Shown: positions 55,985 to 64,000 of the stretch, piece by piece
Position numbering within the stretch: position 1 is the stretch's first letter
Layout: each line of letters opens with the position of its first letter
NCBI GenBank assembly: GCA_951406725.2
Contig: OX597816.1
Location: forward strand, 84,816,001-84,880,000
Source of the DNA: Octopus vulgaris
Lineage: Eukaryota
Length of the DNA: 64,000 nucleotides
Direction of reading: 5' to 3'
Notes under the pieces: model-generated
The model's input: only the letters and a program-made list of their open reading frames with translations
The model's database searches: none
What the model was told of the DNA's origin: nothing
Translations under genes and position numbers: made by a program

Positions 55985-56992
55985 AGTGTACTTCAACACA
56001 ACCAAAGCATTCTATAGGGGATTAGTGGAGGGGAGGTACGACGACGAGCTCGGGGCAAACCTGGGCGTCGACGAGGAATACCTGACCTATCTGTTTCAAA
56101 CGACTTTCGGCCCGGGACCTATGGACAACTTCCAGAGATCCCTGGCCTGGCGGTGCTACCGAGAAGCGCTACCCGTTCGGGATAAGCTCTATAGGCATGG
56201 CTCGAGAAACACGGGGCCGACCTGCCCGAGATGCGGGCAGAGCGACGAAACCGCTCTGCACGCAATCGTGCAGTGTCCAGCAATTTCCCACCTGTGGGCT
56301 TATGTCGAACGACTGCTGTCACGTGTGGGACGTGTCGGTTTATCAGCCGAGTCTATCGTTAATATCGTCACGCCTCCTTCCTTCAAACGGGAAGGAAGAG
56401 CTATTTTTATCATACTTGTGGCTATGGCGAAAGAATGTATCTGGTGGACGCGTCTGAAAGGATTAGAGACAAACACTTTCCTCTCTGGTCAATCTCTCAT
56501 CAACTTCTTCAAGTATCACTTGAAGAAAAAAGTGAGAGTAGAGAGGCAAGTTTTGTCTAGTGAATGTTTTAAAAAAAGATGGGTGAATGTAGCAAGGATG
56601 GCACGTATGAATGACGAAGCCACCTTGACTATGATTCTATGAACCGTAAAAATTAATACAGAGAGTTGCTTATTTGCAAAAAAAAAAAAAAAAAAGAAGA
56701 AATATAACATGTGACTTCATTGACCGAGGTTACCGTGGTCTTTTCCGTAGGCTTTTCTTTCCACGGGTAAACCTCACCTGTCCTCCCCTTTACACTTCAT
56801 ATTGACATTTCTGTGATAACGATCCCTATTGATAAATTTTTTTCCTCTCCCCCTTTTTTTTACCCCCCCTTTTTTGTCCTCTTTCTCTCCTTTTACGATC
56901 CCTTTTGATCGACCCCCCTTTTTTTTTTTACCTCCAAAAGAAAATCTGTGTGCAGCCTATCTGTGTGCAGCCCTGTGTGGCTAATAAAGAAA
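55985..56992 (+). mobile_element. 5'-truncated Tx1/L1-clade LINE (zf-RVT C-terminus + 3' UTR) inserted in (TCTA)n
   Basis: Uninterrupted GC-rich 218-codon frame 55986-56642 with LAWRCYREALPVRDKL ... CPRCGQSDETALHAIVQC (CX2CX8HX4C). Pyrimidine-rich UTR with AATAAA at the terminus, then TCTA repeats. Confidence 0.85.
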
Positions 56993-57013
56993 ATGTCTAT
57001 CTATCTATCTATA

Positions 57014-57114
<101 letters not shown>

Positions 57115-57160
57115 GTCTATCTATCTATCTATCTATTTATCTACCTACCTACCTACCTAC

Positions 57161-57191
<31 letters not shown>

Positions 57192-57244
57192 CCTACCTAC
57201 CTACCTACCTATCTATCTATCTACCTACCTACCTACCTACCTAC

Positions 57245-57312
<68 letters not shown>

Positions 57313-57777
57313 TTATCTATCTATCTATATAACGTGTATGTATGTATCTATTTATATGTGTGTATGTGTATGCCTGTATGTATATAGGACATATTAAGTC
57401 TCGAATATAATCATAGTAGCAATGCTTTTGGTCAAAAGTCAGCTCCATCATAGGTCGTGTGGGGTTAAACAACAACTAAACACAACAACGCGTAGAAAAT
57501 AATCAAGAAAACGTCAGTGGACGTAACTTCACTTAGCTAATCTTCACCATCTTGCAGCTTATGTCTCACATGCTCTGTAGCAAAACTTGTTCTTTGTTTC
57601 TCAGGAATTGTCTTTTAAATACTATAATAAATATATCTTTGTTTTACTTGTGTTATAAAGATAATGCTAATAAAAATATAGTAATAAATGATATAGTTAG
57701 AAAATTAATTATCAGTGTTACATCGCAAGTTAGAAATGCCGAAAATGTATAAATTTGAAATAATACACATACGCGCA

Positions 57778-57834
<57 letters not shown>

Positions 57835-57851
<17 letters not shown>

Positions 57852-58103
57852 CATGTGTGTATATATATTTGTGTATTTGTATATATATATATATACGTAC
57901 ACGTATGTATACATACATATATATATATATATACACATATATATATTTATACATATATATTTACTCACACACACATATGTATATATACACACATATATAT
58001 ACATATATGTACGCACACATATGTGTTTATACACACGCACACACACACACACATACACACACACACACACATATATATACATGTGTGTATATATATGTGC
58101 ATT

Positions 58104-58136
<33 letters not shown>

Positions 58137-58292
58137 GTATACGCATGTATACATACATACATATATATATATATACACATATATATATTTATACATATAT
58201 ATTTACTCACACACATATGTATATATACACACACATATATACATATATGTACACACACATATGTGTTTATACACACGCACACACACACACAC
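57835..58292. repeat. Tandem duplication (~235 bp unit x2) of a degenerate TA/CA microsatellite block
   Basis: The same ordered interruptions (acatgtgtgt, atttgt, tacgta, atttactcac, atgtgtttatacacacgc) occur twice. Confidence 0.85.
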
Positions 58293-59128
58293 TTATATAC
58301 ATACGAATTCAAAGACAGCAAATCATACCAACTAATATAATCCTCATACCACGTAGAAAAGTTGGTTGCACTCTAATACTGACGATCAACACATTTAGAT
58401 GATGTTGTCGCACAACTTCGTCATACATCACAAAACACTACACGATCACAAAATTGTTCTGTAAGTAATTATTTCCGAAATCGTCGCCTTTTCGTGTCAG
58501 AACTGCTTATGAGGTTTTGTGATCTCTAGAACTGTGTCGTCTGGAGATTTACACTCCTTTTAAGATTATCCATTCGAAAGAGGTCTTAAGTTAAAAGACT
58601 CTAGCAAGCACGACTTAACTTCACACCTCAAAACCCATGAATCAAGCAAGCTGTAACATACTGCGATAGTCAGGGGAGTTTGTTATCAATGCGACAGCAG
58701 ATAATCATATACTTGTTGCTCGGCAGACAATTCGCTAAATTGTTTTAGTTAGTTTTTCCTTTGCTTCGATCTCATTTTACTTCTGAAGCTATTTTGTTTC
58801 ATCTTAACCATATAATGCACCAGAAAAGTTGATCAAAGTCACAATATCCCGTATCCCTAGACGCCAACAAAAAGCATTGGTCTCACATTGTTAAGAATGA
58901 ATATGAATTATTTTGTTAATAACGCAAACTAGACAAAATGTTCACTGCATAATCAACTGTGTATAGTATACAATGGACATAATTTATACACTTTTAATCC
59001 ATTGATATTTTATGGACGCTAATCTTCATCTCTTGCAAAGCACTAGTGTCTTAAATTATACATCTCTCTTTCTCAGTCTGTTGGTGTGTCTGTCCGTTTG
59101 TCTATTTTGGCTATCAATCACTTTCTTT

Positions 59129-59168
<40 letters not shown>

Positions 59169-59179
59169 TAATAATAATA

Positions 59180-59377
59180 ATATGCAAACAAAAGAATGAA
59201 TGAGACATCGACCGCGTGTGTATCGTTGGCTATTTTCTTTCTCCGTCTTCCCTTCCTTGGACTTTTCCTTTTTTCTATATTTCTGTCGAAATATTTCCTT
59301 TCCTGGGCGTCCAATAACAATATACTTGTTCCACGTCCTCGCGTTGTTGTGTTTTCTCTTTGTTCATGTTTGGATTA

Positions 59378-59380
<3 letters not shown>
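59180..59380 (+). mobile_element. Short pLTR-like element related to the 29612 family, ribozyme region apparently deleted
   Basis: tttctg|tcgaaa junction followed by tcctgggcgtccaataacaatatacttgtt, similar to tcccgagcgtcaaactaatacatatacttgtt at ~29730. Follows a (TA)n tract. Confidence 0.55.
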
Positions 59381-59805
<425 letters not shown>

Positions 59806-62225
59806 GCAGCAACTAACGTGGCTACAAAAGATACAGATTCAAAGTCAAACAAACCGATACCCGAGACCACTATAGATGATAGATCCTGGATGGCCACCAC
59901 TAAAACAGTAACACCTGCACTGTTATGGCACCATACTGAATATCGGAGGCCTATTGCGAATGGGTAAAAAAGACAAATTTCTCTACCTGTAAGACCTTGT
60001 TGCATGCAAGCAAGCAATATACATGGCACTTACAGAAACGCATCTAACATTTAATACAGCAGGGTATGCCGTACTTCGAACAGAGAGCAGAGATAGAAGA
60101 CATGGAGGATTTGCCATGTACATCTGTGAAGATGTCACACCCTCTAGTACTGTTGTCATATTCAAGTGTCTGCGACACTTTCATAGTTCACATAAAACAA
60201 ATTGATGTCGTTGTATGCACAGCATACCGTCCTCCCAAAAGCTCAAAGTATGAAGGTAAATTTGAGGACAGCCCCAGACGCATAGAATTTGTTTTGACAA
60301 ATCTAGACCAACACATCAATATACTCCTTCTGGATAACCTCACCCCCACCCAAGTGTTAATTGGCGTTAAAACCACATCCTCTCTGGGATGTCACTGCAT
60401 GAACAAAACTAAGCAAAATCATTGCTGGAACTTTCTAGCATGCTGTCCATGGAACAATTAATACTCCAACCAACCAGGGGAGCAATTTGGATCTCTGCTT
60501 TACAAACGGTGTGAATATTATCCATAATATGAAGGTAATACCAACAACTCTTTCGGATCATAACATTATTGAGTTAACAATGTATGGTCGTAGGCAAACT
60601 GCTGATATCCACTCTATCAAGAGGACGCAAGTCATATCCAACCTATATTTCCACAAAGAAAACTGGAAATCAATCCACAAAGTGCTCCACAGTCAAAACT
60701 GGCCTAACAGCCTGTCTGTACAAGACAATGACCAAAAAATATGTCACTTTATGTCGAATATGCAAGCTATATGCACCAAATATGTGCCAGAAAGAAAGGC
60801 CAGCATACATATAAATAGAATCCCCAGAGACAGGAAAACCCTTATGAGACGCAGAACAAAGGTTCCAAATCAGTTGAATAGAGAACTGAAGGATAGTAAA
60901 AAGGCTCGACCATTCAAATGTCGGTGTGATATATCTTGACTTTGATAAAGTTGATCATAGCATGATATGTCACAAGCTCCGAAACCTTGGTATAGCTGGT
61001 AAACTAGGACAGTGGCTGCGCGACTTCCTAAACGATAGGAGTCAGAGAGTTGCAGCCAATGGTGCACTCTCTAGGGAAACACAAATTTTGAGCGTAGTCC
61101 CTCGGGGAACTCTCTTAGGGCCATTACTTTTTATAGTAGCCCTCTTAGACATGCCCACAGTTACTCAGACACCAACAGTCATTAGCTACGCCGATGATAC
61201 AAAATTATCACATGCAATAAAGAATCTCAATGTTGTTGTAAACCTGCAGAACGACCTAAATGCTATATACAAGTGGGCAGAGCAAAAACTATGCAATTTA
61301 AAGCTAAAACATTTTAAACACTGCATTATAAGATCACAAATTGTTTACAACCGGCATTTACAGGACTCGGAAGTACTGCAATCCCAGAGTCTCAGACAGT
61401 GGGAGACCTGGGCATCAATATGCGTAATGATGTATCATTTCACATGCAGATTACCAAGTTGGCAGCAAAGTGCCGACAACTGGCAGGATGCATACTAATG
61501 TCATTCAGGACAAGAGATCAAGAGGCCATGTTGACTCTATGGAAGACCTTAGTTCTCATCCGCCCAGACTACCGCTCTCAGCTGTGGTCACCACACAGTG
61601 TCAAGCTAACAACGGAGCTTGAAGCAATTCAGCGTTACTACATCAAAAAAGATTGCTACAATCCAGCAGATGAACTACAGGGAGAGGCTGAAAGAACTAT
61701 GACTCTACTCCCTAGAGCACAGACGTGAGAGATATGTAATAATTTACTTGTGGAAAATACAGGAAGGGCTAGTACCTAGTTTTGGCATCAAATGTTATAT
61801 GAATGTTCGTACGGATGCCATTGCATAGTGTCCAATGCATTTATTATAAGCACCAGGTAGTGTAATAGTCTGGGGTTAGAGGAGCACTCTCCGCAATGCT
61901 CTGCCAAAGCAAGTGAAAAACTTACACGATATAGATGTGGAAGTCTTCAAAAAGAAACTGGACACTCTCCTATCGACAATACCAGACGAACCGATGACTC
62001 GACATGAGGGACAGTTGAGGGCAGCAGTGTCAAATTACCTCATACACCAGATGGGCCATTGACAGTTTTGATGGGATCGCAACTGTAGGGGGACATGAAC
62101 CACGGAAGGATTCTGCAGAGAGTACAAATATAGAGAAATAAATCATGGTGGTGTTCTAGCATGACCACACCCACCTGGCTGAAGCACATAAGAAAATAAA
62201 GAATATATATATATATACATATTTG

Positions 62226-62265
<40 letters not shown>

Positions 62266-62272
<7 letters not shown>

Positions 62273-62470
62273 GGAGAATTCACAAAAAACAAAAGACGAA
62301 GACAGATGGTGTAGACCCCCCCCCCAAAAAAAACCAGATGTATTAGTTAAACGCTGGAGAAGTGAAAAAGTCTTTAACGTTTCGAACCCACGCTCTTCCA
62401 CAGAAAGGAACACAAAGAAACAGGAACAGAAAATAAAGAATGTCTAGTGGCTAGCGATCTATCATGGCGA
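62266..62470 (-). mobile_element. Short element after (CA)n(TA)n with minimal hammerhead-like motif (62372-62407)
   Basis: Minus strand cuuu-CUGUGGA-A-GAGC gugg GUUC-GAAAC-GUU-aaag: 4-bp helix I, 4-bp helix II, loopless ACGU helix III. Homologous to 29612-29810. Confidence 0.72.
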
Positions 62471-62611
62471 ATGCCGGACAGAAGAAAACGAATGGTTTAC
62501 ATCTGGTACTTATGTATGTATGTATGTATGTATGTATGTATGTATGTATGTATGTATGTATGTATGTATGTATGTATGTATGTATATATCTATGTTTGTA
62601 TGTATGTGAGT

Positions 62612-62664
<53 letters not shown>

Positions 62665-63581
62665 TGTGTGTTACGCCGACTGACTTATTTAATACACAGC
62701 TCTTTAACAAACTGAATTAGAAATAAATTTTAGATAACAACGAAATAGTTGTATCCACTCACTATTTCATTCTGAAGTGTGGTGGTGTAAGATATTTTCC
62801 CCTTGTTTTTCCTATTTGGATCAGCACTGAAGACATAACCTCAGTCTACCTCATCCATAAATAATACAGAAATAGCCAGTAAGGAAATATACGTAAATAG
62901 GTCTTTTTGGTTGCAGAAAAATACATTTATTTAGAAATTAAATTAACCAATGACACTATCTTTGTTAGCTTCTGGAAGTACTATTGAAGTATATATGCCA
63001 AAATATATATAACAGTTAGCCTGAAACTATAAGATATAATTTTTTTGGAAATTAAATAATTCATTGAACAAATAAATACTCTTAATATAATCTCAGATTT
63101 CGTTTTTTCTAAAGAAGTTTTAACCAGCTATCATATATTAGTTATGTTGTTACTTATTTTCTGGACACTTTCATTTAATAGATGCGAGATAAAGACGAAA
63201 GAATAAAAAAATATGTAGCATAAACAATATAACGATTTCTTTAGAATACTGAGTTGGCAGAAACATTAGATCACTGAAATAAATTATCTATAGTATTTAG
63301 TTTCACTCCTTATACTGAATAAATATTCTTTTGATCTTTTTACGCTGGATGAAATAAGTACCAGTCATAAACTGTTATTGATCGTTTCAATGATATGCAA
63401 TCTTCGTTTGTCCAAAGTAATCCATATACTCAGGCGTTGATTACACAGATCTTTTACATAGACTGAATAAAAACTTGGTAACAGTCATCGATTTCATAAA
63501 CTACAGAGAAGTGTGATTTAAGAAATGGCTTAAGATCAAATGGAACTCATACGCACGGCTACTACAGGGGGTTTGCGTATA

Positions 63582-64000
63582 CGAGGGTGTACCCAAAAGA
63601 AAGTGGAATTTTGCAGTATTATTTTATTCCACATGTTTACATCTTTATCACCTTCGAACTATTTTCCATTTTATGGAATTCATTATCCAGACCCGTTTTT
63701 CACTGTTCGAAGCAATCCTGGAACTCTTGTGAAGTAATGCCTTTTAAAACCTCAGTCAATTTTTTTTTCTTCACCTCTTCCACAACTGCAAAACGTTTTC
63801 TTTTAAGGACCTTTTTCATTTGGGGGAGCAAAATCGGTTAAATAGGGAGGGTGAGTAAGCGGAGTCATGCCATTTTTGGACAAAAACTGTCTCACACTCA
63901 AGGTGGTGTGCGCAGGTGCATTGTCATAATGAAACCGCCACCCTGCATTTTGCCACTGTTCGGGGCGTTCTCACTGCGCGTCGCAAATGATTTTCACTGC
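63582..64000 (-). mobile_element. Mariner (D34D) transposon 3' end, running off the window
   Basis: The reverse complement gives RPEQWQNAGWRFHYDNAPAHTTLSVRQFLSKNGMTPLTHPPYLTDFAP ... KRFAVVEEVKKK. TIR-like end TA|cgagggtgtacccaaaag. Confidence 0.88.

Overview
AT-rich, extremely microsatellite-dense eukaryotic non-coding DNA. The SINE and microsatellite content strongly resembles an octopus (cephalopod) genome; this is recognition from memory, not a database result. I can support no intact host gene, and almost all listed ORFs are translations of simple repeats. The coding remnants are transposon-derived: a near-full-length decayed R4/Dong-type RLE non-LTR element plus a second fragment, two mariner (D34D) remnants, an internally deleted Tc1 (DD34E) with both TIRs, a Penelope-like RT fragment with an inverted pLTR, two CR1-type LINE remnants, a young Tx1/L1-type 3' fragment sitting in a (TCTA)n array, a probable non-autonomous Helitron, and many tRNA-derived SINEs of three families. 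The most interesting unexplained layer is about nine hammerhead-ribozyme-like motifs, several of the minimal type with a palindromic helix III and several with the compensatory U3-A8 core. Most lie in short elements next to (TA)n tracts, and they co-occur with long near-perfect palindromes or inverted duplications (18957-19385, 28501-28684, 59378-59805, 16961-17550). This suggests a Penelope-derived, ribozyme-bearing, TA-associated mini-element system that may generate fold-back DNA.
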